Shown: in pieces, positions 52,635 to 64,000 of the stretch
Position numbering within the stretch: the stretch's first letter is position 1
Layout: each line of letters begins with the position of its first letter
Assembly (NCBI GenBank): GCA_024704765.1
Contig: JAKMXF010000210.1
Coordinates: 528,121-592,120, forward strand
Origin: Oopsacas minuta
Lineage: Eukaryota; Animalia; Porifera
Direction: 5' to 3'
DNA length: 64,000 bases
Program-made: the position numbers and the translations under genes
Notes under the pieces: generated by a model
Told to the model about the DNA's origin: nothing
Databases searched by the model: none
What the model saw: only the letters and a program-made list of their open reading frames with translations

Positions 52635-53927
52635 TTGATGGGAGCAAATAGCTTCATAAGCCTGGTAGGTGGTGTAATATTAGCTCTCATCTTAGGAGGA
52701 TATTTTGGACACCCTTATCTCCCTGCTCCCAAGCCCTTAGTATTCGCGATTGATCTCGGTACAACCTATTCTAGCGCTGCTGTCTTCCTGCCTGGCCAAG
52801 GGATAGTTGAGGTCATTTCTGTTCAAAAGGCTTCCAGCATTCCAAGCGTCGTAGCGGTAACTAAGAAAACTGTTCTAGTAGGATATCCCGCTCTTCAACA
52901 GATTGAGAAGAACCCCAGATACACGTTCTATGACGCTAAGAGGTTTATTGGGAAGAAAATATCAAAAGATGAGTTTGATATAATCAGATCTCGCTACCTG
53001 TTTGATATGGATATTCTAGAAAGTTCTATTCAATTCAAATTACCGTCTATTAATCCACTTGACGCAATGAAAGAGTACATGTCTCCTCAAGAAATGAGTT
53101 CTATAATAATCGACGAATTAAAATCTTCAGTTCAAGAGTACCTACAATTAACTAATCTGAATAAAGTAGTGTTAGCCTTGCCTGCCGAATTTGATGCAGA
53201 ACAACGTGAAGCAACTATAGCAGCTGCGAATTTATCTAAACTGAATGTTCTTGCTGTTATAAGTGAGCCTACTGCTGCTGCTCTGGCCTACGGACTAGAT
53301 AAGCAGAGTAAAGTGGGGTCTATAATAGTTATAGATCTTGGAGGAGGAACTCTTGACGTATCACTACTGGAGAAGAGAGCTGCTACATTCTACACTGTAG
53401 CTATTGCTGGTAATAATCATCTCGGGGGACAAGACTTCACTGACAGACTATCTAGGTTCGTATTATCTAAAATAGAGGACAGAGAGTTGAGTAGTGAAGT
53501 TTTACAAGAAATTAAGAGAGAGTCTGAATTAGTAAAACTAATTCTGACTAATAAGACTACAGCTGAATTCCAATTGAACACTGATGGAGTTAAGTTGAGG
53601 TTTGAAATAAGTAGGAAAGAATTTGAGAAGATGAATGAGGATCTATTTGATAAGATAACTGAACCTATTAGTGTAGTGTTAGATTTCGCAGAAATCACAA
53701 CTGAAGCTGTTGACGAAGTTATTCTAGTAGGAGGTTCAACTAGAATCCCACGAGTGAGGGAACTCATAAGTTATTACTTCAAAGGGAAGAGACTTGACAT
53801 CTCTGTAGACCCAGAACTAGCTGTGGTTAAAGGGGTAGCGTTACATGCAGGTGTGGTCAGTGGATCATGGCCTCTTAGAGTAGCAGCTATTGATGTACCT
53901 ACTTCTGTTAAAAAGATTGAAATATAG
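52635..53927 (+). CDS. HSPA13: Hsp70-family ATPase-core-only protein (HSPA13/STCH-like) with an N-terminal hydrophobic anchor
   Basis: Intronless ORF of 430 aa. It has an Hsp70 nucleotide-binding domain: AIDLGTTYSSAAVF; DAKRFIGKK; IDLGGGTLDVSLL; EVILVGGSTRIPRV. It stops after the NBD with no substrate-binding domain. The N-terminus MMGANSFISLVGGVILALILGGYFG is a signal/anchor. Confidence 0.7.
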   Translation: MMGANSFISLVGGVILALILGGYFGHPYLPAPKPLVFAIDLGTTYSSAAVFLPGQGIVEVISVQKASSIPSVVAVTKKTVLVGYPALQQIEKNPRYTFYDAKRFIGKKISKDEFDIIRSRYLFDMDILESSIQFKLPSINPLDAMKEYMSPQEMSSIIIDELKSSVQEYLQLTNLNKVVLALPAEFDAEQREATIAAANLSKLNVLAVISEPTAAALAYGLDKQSKVGSIIVIDLGGGTLDVSLLEKRAATFYTVAIAGNNHLGGQDFTDRLSRFVLSKIEDRELSSEVLQEIKRESELVKLILTNKTTAEFQLNTDGVKLRFEISRKEFEKMNEDLFDKITEPISVVLDFAEITTEAVDEVILVGGSTRIPRVRELISYYFKGKRLDISVDPELAVVKGVALHAGVVSGSWPLRVAAIDVPTSVKKIEI

Positions 53928-55971
53928 AAGACAACTTTAATTGTTTGATCTATCTCACAGGTATAGATATATTGTATTTTGCTTGCTTTCGGTAAGATTG
54001 TTGTGTTTAATGATTTTTACAACCATAATGCCATTTGAATTTCTAGAAATCTGTCAATATTTTGTTGATTACATCACTCAATTAATACAATGTATTTTGG
54101 CTGTATAGAATGTAGATATACTATCTATGGTTTGCATAACCTGTATTCTATCTAATTTGCTGATTATCCATTGTACTTTGAGTTAAAATTGTTGTGTAAG
54201 ACTGTAAGTAATTACAAAGAACTCAAGAATAATTACCAATCTTTTGTGACCTTTATCGAATCTAATATAACGAAAGTTTACTGTGTCAATTAATGATAGT
54301 TATTCTTTTTCTAAGAAACTAAGTTCAGCATGTTGTGTGTAGAATTCAGTAAAACAGAATTGTATATTCTAAGAATAAATTGTGAGTTGTATTTTCTTAT
54401 TTCCAGGTTAAAGATCAATTCACACCGAAATATTATCTTATTTTATTTTGACATAATCACTACTTACTAGTTCTAATCTGTATCAAATCCTGAAAGTGTT
54501 ATTATTTGTTTATTGAAAATTATTCTGATAATAGTTAGGTTGCATTAAAGTATTTCTGCCACAAAAAGCCATTACAATATGACATTAAATTATGAATTCT
54601 AGGCATTAACGTGATGAAGCACTGCAATCGATTTTGGAGAATTTTTACAATTAGCCATGAATATGCTAAATTAGTTAACTTAGGCCACTGAATGCCAAGA
54701 TTGAAGTTCACAATCTTCTGGCATTACGATGTCATTATAAGTTGTAATCGAACATCAGCCTTACGAAATTCATATGAGATATCTCAGTGATGGTTCTGAA
54801 TTCTCACTACAGGTTGGGAAATGGTGATCTGAAGGCATTGTTAATAAATAGTGAAATTCTCATTAAATATTGTTTATATTTTCTTTGAAGTGCTATTTTG
54901 AATCAAAACGCATTAATCGCTAATAATTGTAAAATGACATCGGTACTGGCTCATTTCTAACTTATTTTGTTTGTATCTTTACAAGCTCCAGGCACACTAG
55001 TCATTGCATTCAAATATTAATTAGAGAGATAGTTTCCTAGAATATAGATGTTCCCAGCTCTACTCGGTGGTTTATCTTTATCAAACAGGGTCAACAATTA
55101 TGTGGTGTCAAAAAGTAATGGTTTCTAAGCAATATATTATATCGTTGCGACTTTCGTAACTGTCCTTCTATGTTATATTCATTACCATATTGGTATTAAT
55201 TTGGTTGAATTTAGTCAACCACATTTCAATTGAAGATTTTTTTGATATATTTATCTAGTCTGGTACAGTGATTGGAATTAATTCTAACCTGTTTTTGAAT
55301 ATATTTTAGTTCCCCCAGGATTAGTTACTTGGACATTCAGGCAGATGACAGCTGGCTGCTAATTGTAACAAATGAACAAATGCGGCAAAAAATTCATAAA
55401 TTAAAATGTGATTATGTGCCGCTGACTGTACTAGTAAGACAAATAAGAGATTAGAGCCCTATCAATGCCTGTTTCTGAGTAATTAAATTACATTATCTGT
55501 ATAGTACATAGTACTCGTGTCATATCAATCAAATCCTTACTTTACTATTCTTTCTTCCAATGCGCTGAATCCTGCAAACAATCATTGGATGTGCTGCTTA
55601 CTTCCTCGTGTTGCTTTCATGTAAGAATTCACTATACAATGAGTGTGAAATCTGGCTAATTGTGTGGATATTCATCAAATCTACTGATTAAACCATACTG
55701 CATTCTCTAATACATTTAGAATGGTAATTTATTTCATTTATGACTTCTCCAAGAAAATCATATGAAATCTTAATGTGCACACCATCAGTGACTCATTGTC
55801 TTAAACAAATCATTGAGATATTATTGAACCCTAGGCAAGTTTCCCATAATTATATAATTATGTCCATTGGCTTTATTATGGCTCTACACAGGTGCTAATT
55901 ATTATCACTATGTCACATTCATGTATAATTCATTAATAATGACAATTAAGTAAATTAGACCTGTCAGCTTA

Positions 55972-57069
55972 TTGGCTATGGGAATTAGAAAGCGTGCCCG
56001 CGCGCTTGTTCTCACCATACTCTCTCTCACGAGGAATCCGAACACAACCCAGCTAGAGTCCTGCATGAACTGTATGGACCCCTGTCTCAAAGTGTTCGAG
56101 AAGCTTATCCTTGTGATTGGTCCTGTCTGTGTGTTACTGGTAATGTTAGGGGTTTCATTTGTAGTATACACCATGTATTGCTATATTGTACCAATCCTCC
56201 AGAAGAGACATCCTATTATTTTCTTCTCAGAGGTGCTCTATGGTCACTGGCTGTTAGTTAATGTTGTGTTTCATTACTATAAGGGCGTAATGACCAAACC
56301 TGGCTCTCCACTGCCAGCGCAGCGTATTGACGAATCTCTTCTGGAAGATGGCTGGAGTATTTGTAAAAAGTGTGATCAGCCGCGGCCAGCTAGAGCTCAC
56401 CACTGCAGACTCTGTGGGGTTTGTGTGTTGAAAATGGATCATCACTGTCCCTGGCTTAACAATTGTGTTGGACATTACAATCATAGACATTTCATGCTAT
56501 TCATAATCTATATTTGGCAAGCAGTATTGTTTGTTATGTGTACTTCTGGAAATTATGCACTGAGCGTGATGGTTGGCTCTCGCAGTCTCGCTCACTGGCT
56601 TCTTTCAGAAACTCCTTTCAGATTCATTTTGGCACTTTTTGCCACCAATCCAGAGCTACATACCAGAACCATAGGAGAGGTAACTATGGTAATGTTACTG
56701 TTCTTCATATGCTTTGGAGTTTGGATCGGTTTAACAATTCTTGGAGGGTGGCATCTATATCTCATCTCTAATGCAGAGACCTCTATCGAATGGAATGACA
56801 ACCGTATTATGTCAATGGAATTCTCCCGTAGGGGCAAAGTATTCGTTAACCCATACAATTACGGGCTTAAGAACAATTGGAAACTATTCTTAGGTTTGGT
56901 CCATAACAGAAACATATTTCGTCACGTCCTCCTCCCTTCTGGGCACCCCCCAGCTGGTAGTGGTTCCAACTGGAAGTTGGGCTACCTTGTTAAAGCTCCA
57001 GAGCCTGTACAGCCTCGTCAAGGTTATCAAACAACTACAGACAATAATGGAAAAGTATTTCCTGTTTAA
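55972..57069 (+). CDS. ZDHHC: zDHHC-type protein S-palmitoyltransferase
   Basis: Intronless ORF of 365 aa with 4 TM helices and the cysteine-rich domain CKKCDQPRPARAHHCRLCGVCVLKMDHHCPWLNNCVGHYNHRHF. Confidence 0.85.
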   Translation: MAMGIRKRARALVLTILSLTRNPNTTQLESCMNCMDPCLKVFEKLILVIGPVCVLLVMLGVSFVVYTMYCYIVPILQKRHPIIFFSEVLYGHWLLVNVVFHYYKGVMTKPGSPLPAQRIDESLLEDGWSICKKCDQPRPARAHHCRLCGVCVLKMDHHCPWLNNCVGHYNHRHFMLFIIYIWQAVLFVMCTSGNYALSVMVGSRSLAHWLLSETPFRFILALFATNPELHTRTIGEVTMVMLLFFICFGVWIGLTILGGWHLYLISNAETSIEWNDNRIMSMEFSRRGKVFVNPYNYGLKNNWKLFLGLVHNRNIFRHVLLPSGHPPAGSGSNWKLGYLVKAPEPVQPRQGYQTTTDNNGKVFPV

Positions 57070-57497
57070 GTTGTGTTCATTGAATGCATTGTCAATGCTA
57101 TTGTTTGTTTATTAACTAATTGCAGTGATGGCTAGAAATGTTTAACTGATTTAATTCATTTATATTTTTATATTTTATAACCTAAATCATCTGGTCAAGA
57201 GATTATTTTAATTTTTATCTCTTAAGAATGCTCTGACATCTTTACAATATGCATCTTCATAATATGGATATTCATGTTAGGAATTACATAGCCTCTTGAT
57301 ATGTATAGTTATTTTGACGTTCTCCCTCCCTCATTTGTTATTGTATAGTAAACACTACATTTCTCGCCAATTACTTATCATTTAATACATTCGTTGCAAC
57401 ATTGAGATTCCGCATGATTTTGTACTTGCTTATTGACAACTAAACCAGTTGTGACTTTCAATTGTGATACATACATAAAGCTTGTTAATTAATTAAT

Positions 57498-60344
57498 ATG
57501 GCTAATGTGATGACTCAAAAACTTCACAGTCATGAAGTTCCAAATAAAACCGCAATTAATCGGCAGGAAGCTAATAATGCAATAATCTCACTCAATAAAT
57601 ATTTTCGTTCCCCTAACATCAGTGAACAGTGTGAAGCTATAGTCAGACTTGGGCCAATAATATCCTCCTATCCATTTCCGTCAATTGTGAACACAGCTTT
57701 TCATAAGCTCGCAGATATTTACTCAAAATGTTCCAACACACTAAGAATTGCTATTCTCCAAGTATTCGATCAGTGGGCTGAGCATTTTAATAAGATATCA
57801 ATGTTGGATGAATTCTATCGTAAAATATTTGGTGTGTCTGTGACCACTGATCCTGTGGCTCGCGCGATCACCTTACGCGTACTAGGGCATATTTCTAGAA
57901 TTTTCCCTGAGAAGAAGAATGCTCATCGCTTTATCCATCTATCTTTTGATTCCACGTACAAAGAAGAGGTTATTGCAGCTATTTTCGCTGCCAATTGCTT
58001 TTGTGAGCACTCACAGACGTTTTGTGCCGGTGTATGCCCGCGGTTAATCGAGATGATCCAGGAGATATCTACTCCCATTGACGTCAAGCTTGAACTCCTG
58101 AGGGTATTCGAGCACATGGGACATGATCCAGAAACTGCGTTACAAGTTAAGAATTTCTGCGTACAAATGTTGCATAGTTATTCTTCGAAAGACTTCACAT
58201 CAACTTTACTGAATACAATCACTAAGCTCAGTATAAAATCGATGTTACTTGTTGTGGATAATCTCGCTATTCTTTGCAATATTTCCTTACAAGATACTCG
58301 TAAATCAATTCAACTTGTTTGCTGTAAGAATCTACAACTTTTAGCCCAAAATGCATCGCATCTATGGAATAAGGAGAGTATGTCTAATCTACTGAAATTA
58401 GCAGAAATGACTCCACATAGCATAATTCGTGCAGAAGCTCTCTTTGTAATATTCAGACTTGCTCAAGTGGACTTTATGGATACTTTATTTGATGAGTTAA
58501 ACATATTTGAGCGTTGTTCTACTCTAGCATACCACAAGGACATACGAGTATGCTTATCTGCATGTAAGGTATTAGTCGAAGTAGTCACACGAAAATATGA
58601 GATAGGAAATTATCAGTCAAATGACAATGCTAGTTTACAGAGTTTAGTAGACCAGACTGATTCTAGAGTTGTCCCTTTGTTTGGTATTATGTTTATAGAC
58701 GAAGAGTCTTCTGAATTTATAAAGAGTAGTATTATATCTCTTGCCCAGAGGTTATCTCAGATCAACCAATTATTTGCACAGCGATTGTCCTCTGTCATTT
58801 CTACTACTTTATCAAATCTACCTACTCCATGTGAAAAATCAGAAGCTCTTTACAGAACATTGACTGTAATTTTAGTATCTTCTTCGCTAGATTTATCTCA
58901 TCTCATTCCATTGCTTATTTCTCATTTAGAGAGTACAGAAACTCTTCAATACATTTTCTCAATAATTCACTTGTTAATGCTAATACATTATGCTCCTCTT
59001 AATCTCTCCACCAGATCCTCTTTCAGAATTGATGTGCTCCCTGTGATTATCCGCGTATTGAATAGCCTGGAACATCCTAACAAATTATGGTTTCAATATA
59101 GGATAGCTAAGCTAGCTCTCACCAATAATTTCCATGAACTGTCTTTGCCTATAATTTCCTCTCTCTCAAGACTTCCCACTACAGAACAATACCGTATATT
59201 CTTTCAATCAATTGCTGCATTTAGTCGGGCTGAGACCCTGCTAATGGTTTCTTGTGACTCTATAGAGGTTAACCACCATATGGAAATAGATAACGAGTCA
59301 TATGATGGGACATTATGTTCATTTGATCCTTCAATTCTCCTTAATGTAATTAAACTATATTGTTGTGGCATTTCTAGTCTGCAAACTTGTCGCACTCTCC
59401 CTAATAGAGAATTTTGGGAGTGTTTTCTCCAGTTGCGTAGTGACCTGCTGTCATTTCTGCATCAAGTCCTAATAGCTTGCAATCAGATAAGACTAATGCC
59501 TCGCTCTACCCTGTCACAGCCTGATAGAACTGTTCAAATATTCAATAAGTGTATAAAGAAGATATCCATCTCTCTTGATCTTCTGCAGGAGTGTAGATAT
59601 AGAAGTTTTAGCGCTGATTCATCCACTCTCTCATATCTAAATATTATAGAACTCTCTTATAACACCCTTGTCATGCTTATCCGTAAGATTATCCTTAAAG
59701 AAGATTATAATCTGCAATTAATTAGAGATAAGTTACTGAAAGCCCCTAAACTAAAGTTCCTCAGACAATACACGGATCTATGTGAAGTCAGTCTAACTCA
59801 CCTCTCCAAAAACTTACATTTTATTAATGATCCAGTTTCTCATCAACATATTAATTTTATTAAAACTTTCTGTTTTTCTCTAATTGTTACACCATTCTAT
59901 TTCCCTCTCTACTTCTTCCACTGCAGACATAATCTTCAGATTCAATTGTCTTTCTCAAACTTGCCAGAGAAACCACAGGACCCCATCACTTTGTCCCTTG
60001 ACACTAGTTTGTCATTCTCAGTTGAAGGAATTATCTCTGAAAAACAGGTCGCCAGCTCATCACAGAAGATAAAGGGGGTTACGGTGAAGACACATGTGCG
60101 TCCAGATAATAATTCAGTTCGTTCTAGTCCCTCTCCAAATACACAAACTTTAACGAAACAGGCTGATCTCCAGCAAGATAATTTTAATGCTTCCTTCCTT
60201 ATTCACTTTACACATCCGAGCCATTATTATCTTGACATATCAGTTCATCTAGTTGATGAAGATGGTACCACGTGGTTAGCTACCAATTTAGACTCAAAGC
60301 CTCCTCAATGGAGAGTTCTCTATGCAATAGAGGATAACCCATGA
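57498..60344 (+). CDS. INTS7: Integrator complex subunit 7
   Basis: Intronless ORF of 948 aa. The N-terminus is collinear with INTS7: EQCEAIVRLGPIISSYPFP...NTAFHKLADIY...DPVARAITLRVLGHISRIFPEKKNAHRFI...EVIAAIFAANCFCEHSQTF...CPRLIEMIQEISTPIDVKLELL. Confidence 0.85.
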   Translation: MANVMTQKLHSHEVPNKTAINRQEANNAIISLNKYFRSPNISEQCEAIVRLGPIISSYPFPSIVNTAFHKLADIYSKCSNTLRIAILQVFDQWAEHFNKISMLDEFYRKIFGVSVTTDPVARAITLRVLGHISRIFPEKKNAHRFIHLSFDSTYKEEVIAAIFAANCFCEHSQTFCAGVCPRLIEMIQEISTPIDVKLELLRVFEHMGHDPETALQVKNFCVQMLHSYSSKDFTSTLLNTITKLSIKSMLLVVDNLAILCNISLQDTRKSIQLVCCKNLQLLAQNASHLWNKESMSNLLKLAEMTPHSIIRAEALFVIFRLAQVDFMDTLFDELNIFERCSTLAYHKDIRVCLSACKVLVEVVTRKYEIGNYQSNDNASLQSLVDQTDSRVVPLFGIMFIDEESSEFIKSSIISLAQRLSQINQLFAQRLSSVISTTLSNLPTPCEKSEALYRTLTVILVSSSLDLSHLIPLLISHLESTETLQYIFSIIHLLMLIHYAPLNLSTRSSFRIDVLPVIIRVLNSLEHPNKLWFQYRIAKLALTNNFHELSLPIISSLSRLPTTEQYRIFFQSIAAFSRAETLLMVSCDSIEVNHHMEIDNESYDGTLCSFDPSILLNVIKLYCCGISSLQTCRTLPNREFWECFLQLRSDLLSFLHQVLIACNQIRLMPRSTLSQPDRTVQIFNKCIKKISISLDLLQECRYRSFSADSSTLSYLNIIELSYNTLVMLIRKIILKEDYNLQLIRDKLLKAPKLKFLRQYTDLCEVSLTHLSKNLHFINDPVSHQHINFIKTFCFSLIVTPFYFPLYFFHCRHNLQIQLSFSNLPEKPQDPITLSLDTSLSFSVEGIISEKQVASSSQKIKGVTVKTHVRPDNNSVRSSPSPNTQTLTKQADLQQDNFNASFLIHFTHPSHYYLDISVHLVDEDGTTWLATNLDSKPPQWRVLYAIEDNP

Positions 60345-61320
60345 TTAGCTATATTCCTTACGTATGAAATTATAGGTTGATCAGTGGGAGTTGCATCTCT
60401 TTGCAATCTCATTGAAATCTGAAAATCGTTTAGCTGTTATTAATACGTATCTTGGTTAATATTTATTTACGTATTGAGTGCACGTACTGCATCATTAGAT
60501 TTGATCAGCCCTCTCAATACAGCTAAGCTGATTAATGAAATTAGTGCTTTTCACAAATTCTTATAAAGCACTTTTAACACTTTCTATTATTTGTTAAATA
60601 ATTTGTTATTTGATCCAACATGTGATGGTCTTTGCACGGACAGTATATTTAGTCTAATTTAATATTCTAATTATGCTACATTAGAAATCTACTGGATATA
60701 CCATTTCATATATTATTGAAAGTCATTGAGCAGTCTTAGCAGGGGTTAAGTATGGTAGAACTACTATCACTGATTGAAAATCAAGTTAAATGCCTTAAAT
60801 TATACTTCGTATCGAATAACAATTAGTTTCTAAAAGGCAGGCAACAGGCTAGTCATCACAGACAATGAGTTTCTTAGCATGTACTAGGCGCAAAAGGCGA
60901 CATGCACTAGGCGCAATAGGTCAGTATATGTTCTTCATGCAGACGTAAACTTGCCTGTATTAACCTGCCTCTTATTCCTAATTTTAGTATTAGGTTTCCA
61001 GTGCCATCTCTGTACAATTATTATCGTTGTTACAGAGTTGTGCTAATTAGCTTGATCAGTTGTATGAATCTATTTTACACTAGTTTGTAAGGACATATCT
61101 AGTTGTAGTGACTTTCTCTCTGCTAATCCAATCGATATTACGGATTCCCCTAAAGCATGGCAACTATTGCTACTTAGAAATGTATTGTTATCAATGAATA
61201 CATAGCACATTATTACGCTAATTGGTTGGTAATTGTTCAACAAGTTAACATTCGCAGAGTTAACATTCTCAGAGTTAATAATCTATTGATTAATTATCTT
61301 AATTAAAAAAAGGCTGTGAG

Positions 61321-62052
61321 ATGTATAACCTTATTCAAAGGTTGAGACTTCTCACTGCTTATAGACATTATTGTAATGTAGATTGCTCTGCGATTAATTC
61401 TTGTTTGTTTTACACCAGAATACCTTACCGAATATCGTATCAATCTATGGCTCAATCGAAGAGTGCTATCCCACAGGTCGTGTTTGTATTAGGACCACCA
61501 GGCTCTGGGAAGGGTACACAGTGTGCTAAACTTGTTGAAGAGTTTAAGTTCACTCATTTGTCTGCTGGAGAATTGCTACGAGGAGAGATCACGAAGGGTT
61601 CAAAGGACGGTGCTCTTATACAGAAATTGATGGATGAGGGTAAAATAGTGCCTGTAGACATTACTTGCCGTTTGTTATATAACTCTATGCAAGAGAGCTC
61701 TTCTAATAGATTCTTGATTGACGGATTTCCAAGAAATAAGGATAATGTTGATGGATGGGAACGTATAGTTGGTGATAAAGCTGACGTTAAATTCTGTCTG
61801 TTCCTGGACTGTCCAAAGGAGGTGTGTCTCTCTCGGATAATGTCTAGGCACGAAGGACGTACTGATGATACACCAGAGAAGTTCAAATTAAGGATTGACA
61901 CATATTTCAAAGAAACAGTTCCAATAATTGAACATTTTGGTACAATTAATAAACTCCGTTCTATTCCAAGTGACCGTACTATTGAACATGTGTATGCTGA
62001 TGTAAAGACTGCTATCGGATCGGAATTCGAAATTGGGAAGTTCGAGCCTTGA
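61321..62052 (+). CDS. CMPK1: UMP-CMP kinase (adenylate kinase family); the probable mature start is the in-frame Met at 61447, with a 42-aa N-terminal extension if 61321 is used
   Basis: VVFVLGPPGSGKGTQCAKLVEEFKFTHLSAGELLRGEI...GKIVPVDIT...FLIDGFPRNKDNVDGWERIVGDKADVKFCLFLDCPKEVCLSRIMSR...DDTPEKFKLRIDTYF is collinear with CMPK1. The upstream extension MYNLIQRLRLLTAYRHY... is Arg/Leu-rich with no acidic residues. Confidence 0.85.
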   Translation: MYNLIQRLRLLTAYRHYCNVDCSAINSCLFYTRIPYRISYQSMAQSKSAIPQVVFVLGPPGSGKGTQCAKLVEEFKFTHLSAGELLRGEITKGSKDGALIQKLMDEGKIVPVDITCRLLYNSMQESSSNRFLIDGFPRNKDNVDGWERIVGDKADVKFCLFLDCPKEVCLSRIMSRHEGRTDDTPEKFKLRIDTYFKETVPIIEHFGTINKLRSIPSDRTIEHVYADVKTAIGSEFEIGKFEP

Positions 62053-63914
62053 AATTACCTTGAGTAGTAATGCTAGATAATATATTGCTTTAGTAATTCT
62101 GTATTAGTTACATTGTATTCAATGAGAAGTTGTATATGACAATTTCCTAGACATTATACGCATTTGCATTAAATATTGAACTACGTAACTGTGAAACAAA
62201 CATATATGCTACCTTTCTCAATTTCAATTGTATACATTTCCATAATTAATGATGAGGTCCTCTATAGGTTATAATGTATAGTGTTATTGAATTTGTGAAT
62301 TTTGTGTCTTCTAATTTCCTTACCCCTAAATCTGTATTGTTCTGTTTTTAGCTTAGTTATCCTAAAACCAATTGAAACTTTATATCTGGGAAAATTGAGA
62401 TCCTATTGATCCTCCTTTGACCCCTAGAGGTATATAGATATTGTTTCATTTATCCTTCCTTTGTTGTGCTTACATAATCTTAGTTTGGATAGCTCTTAAT
62501 TACACGTTATACTCTGCAACTCCTTCCCTGGGCGTGAGTACTGTAAACACAAAAGGTAACTAAGTGTTGTTCTTCCTTTCTCTACTGTGAGATTGTTCAA
62601 TTTGTTTAAGCAAGCTATAATTAAACTCTTATTTAAAGGTTAATTAAACAGTTTTGACTCTAAAGGATTTACCCACTCATGTTTTACTTCCAGTGATTCA
62701 GTCATCATGATTATATTTCAATACAGCACTTTTATGCAAAGATAAATTATCAATAGCAATTTTCGAATGTTTCTCCGTTCAATTTAAGTATTATGACCAT
62801 CATAGCTTGATCTTCTGACAAGCATTTTATTAATTATTCAGATCTTGTATGTTGCTTACAGAATATGCCTTCAAAATCTGATTTAATGAAATTTTATATT
62901 AAAGTTATTGGAATTCATTAAATATTATAAACTAAGCTAACAAACTTTGCTAGAAGTCAATATAGTATATTTCCTTTCTATAATCATTATTGGTAATTAG
63001 TTCATTGGAATAATTATATTTATTAATTGTCTACTGTCGCATTCTTAAATAATCATAGGGGCAAACCTTCCCGCTACGAAGCAGGATGCGTTAGTATGCA
63101 AAAATTAATCATACCTACTAATAATTTTATTGTAAAATCATCCCTTGATACTTTGTTGATAATTTCTGCGAAGTTGTGATTCTAATATTACATATGACCT
63201 CCCTCAATTTTGTATAGTGTATTGTGAGTTTAGCTATTACTTGATTATGTATTTCTAATTAGAGGTCGATAAACCAAGCCTGATCTATATACTAGATATT
63301 TACTCCATCCTTAGGGTGGTGCTAAAAGTAATCAAGAAAGTCATCTTAATATCATGATAATATTATTATAGTAAATACACACTCTATCCCTCCCCTTTGC
63401 CTGATATCAGGTTATTAATTGGATTTATCTATACAGCTCATATACTAGTCTGGTTCGAAATTAGAACCGCCTTGCGTGAGATACGTAATATTGCCAGTTT
63501 TAATATTGTTTTTCTGAGGACTCATTCTGATTTGATTTCTAAGCACATGCTTACTTTTGCCATGTTGTAATATATGAATTATATACTGACAAATTATATT
63601 TATAATTTATAGTGACGTAAGAATTCAATTACTTTTTAAAACAAGATTTGACCTCTTGCGAGACAAGATAAGGTTGTATTTATAGAATTTTATGATAAAG
63701 GTGGATATTTAATGCTTATGTGAAGTTTTCCAGTGCCATCTGAAATTGTGACTTAAAATCACGATTGCTCGTACAAGTAAGCAGTAATTCTATTTTGATT
63801 ATATCCACTTGCGAATACTCACATTACTGTAGCATTTATACTAATATACTGTATCTTAATATTCACAATTACAATGATGTATCATTTTAGACTGAACACT
63901 ACAGTTATACTAAC

Positions 63915-64000
63915 ATGACTGATTTAGAACCTCCTCCACTTGAAGATTCCTCACACACTGTACCAATAGTCCCTACCATTGAGAATGAGTCCCCTGAGGC
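63915..64000 (+). CDS. possible 5' end of a further gene (partial; runs off the window)
   Basis: The ATG at 63915 opens a frame MTDLEPPPLEDSSHTVPIVPTIENESPEA that continues to the window edge. There is no other support. Confidence 0.2.
   Translation, partial: MTDLEPPPLEDSSHTVPIVPTIENESPE

Noticed and set aside
63044-63092. GC-rich patch GGGGCAAACCTTCCCGCTACGAAGCAGGATGCGTTAGTATGC loosely reminiscent of a 5S rRNA segment
   Set aside because: It is too short and matches no more than a few dispersed positions of 5S (GAAGC..AGG..GTTAGTA). The rest of the 120-nt 5S structure is absent.
1-64000. CRISPR arrays, prokaryotic operons, transposons with terminal inverted repeats or LTRs, and rRNA genes
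   Set aside because: I looked for regularly spaced direct repeats, long terminal repeats and rDNA-like GC-rich blocks and found none. The only repeats are the tandem gene duplication and short microsatellites, (ATT)6 at 29890 and a short (CA)n at about 8921.

Overview
This is AT-rich eukaryotic (metazoan) nuclear DNA, roughly one-third GC by eye, and not prokaryotic. It is gene-dense, with short intergenic spacers and very short GT-AG introns (about 41-90 bp, a few of 300-480 bp). Many genes are intronless. I can support about 30 protein-coding genes plus two tRNA genes. The recognisable ones are a Maf-like bZIP, a 7-exon alpha-tubulin, an Atos/FAM214-like protein, muscleblind, Sen54, DPH1, an ankyrin 6-TM TRP-like channel, Rab5, a FASTK/RAP protein, a SUCO-like SUN protein, a 15-exon cation-independent mannose-6-phosphate-receptor-like gene, RRS1, a NOX-type NADPH oxidase, ELP1, a cyclin, an HSPA13-like Hsp70, a zDHHC palmitoyltransferase, INTS7 and UMP-CMP kinase. 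Two tRNA-Ile(AAU) genes sit antisense inside an intron of the receptor gene. The region that stands out is 36.4-41.2 kb. It carries three tandem paralogues of a lineage-specific single-pass glycoprotein with an Ig-like domain, an FN3-like domain, a TM helix and an ITAM-like cytoplasmic tail. The third copy arose from a ~1.95 kb tandem segmental duplication whose breakpoints I can read directly. One breakpoint is a microhomology junction, and the duplication carries a chimeric fragment of the RRS1 first exon. The newest copy has two hypervariable patches in its Ig-like domain and a ~260 bp deletion that removes the TM helix and tail. This looks like a diversifying immune-type receptor cluster. 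Rab5 also appears to contain a U12-type AT-AA intron. Organism identity cannot be determined from the sequence; a compact AT-rich invertebrate genome is the best description. No CRISPR arrays, operons, rRNA or obvious transposons were found. Splice coordinates were derived by hand and may be off by a few bases in places.
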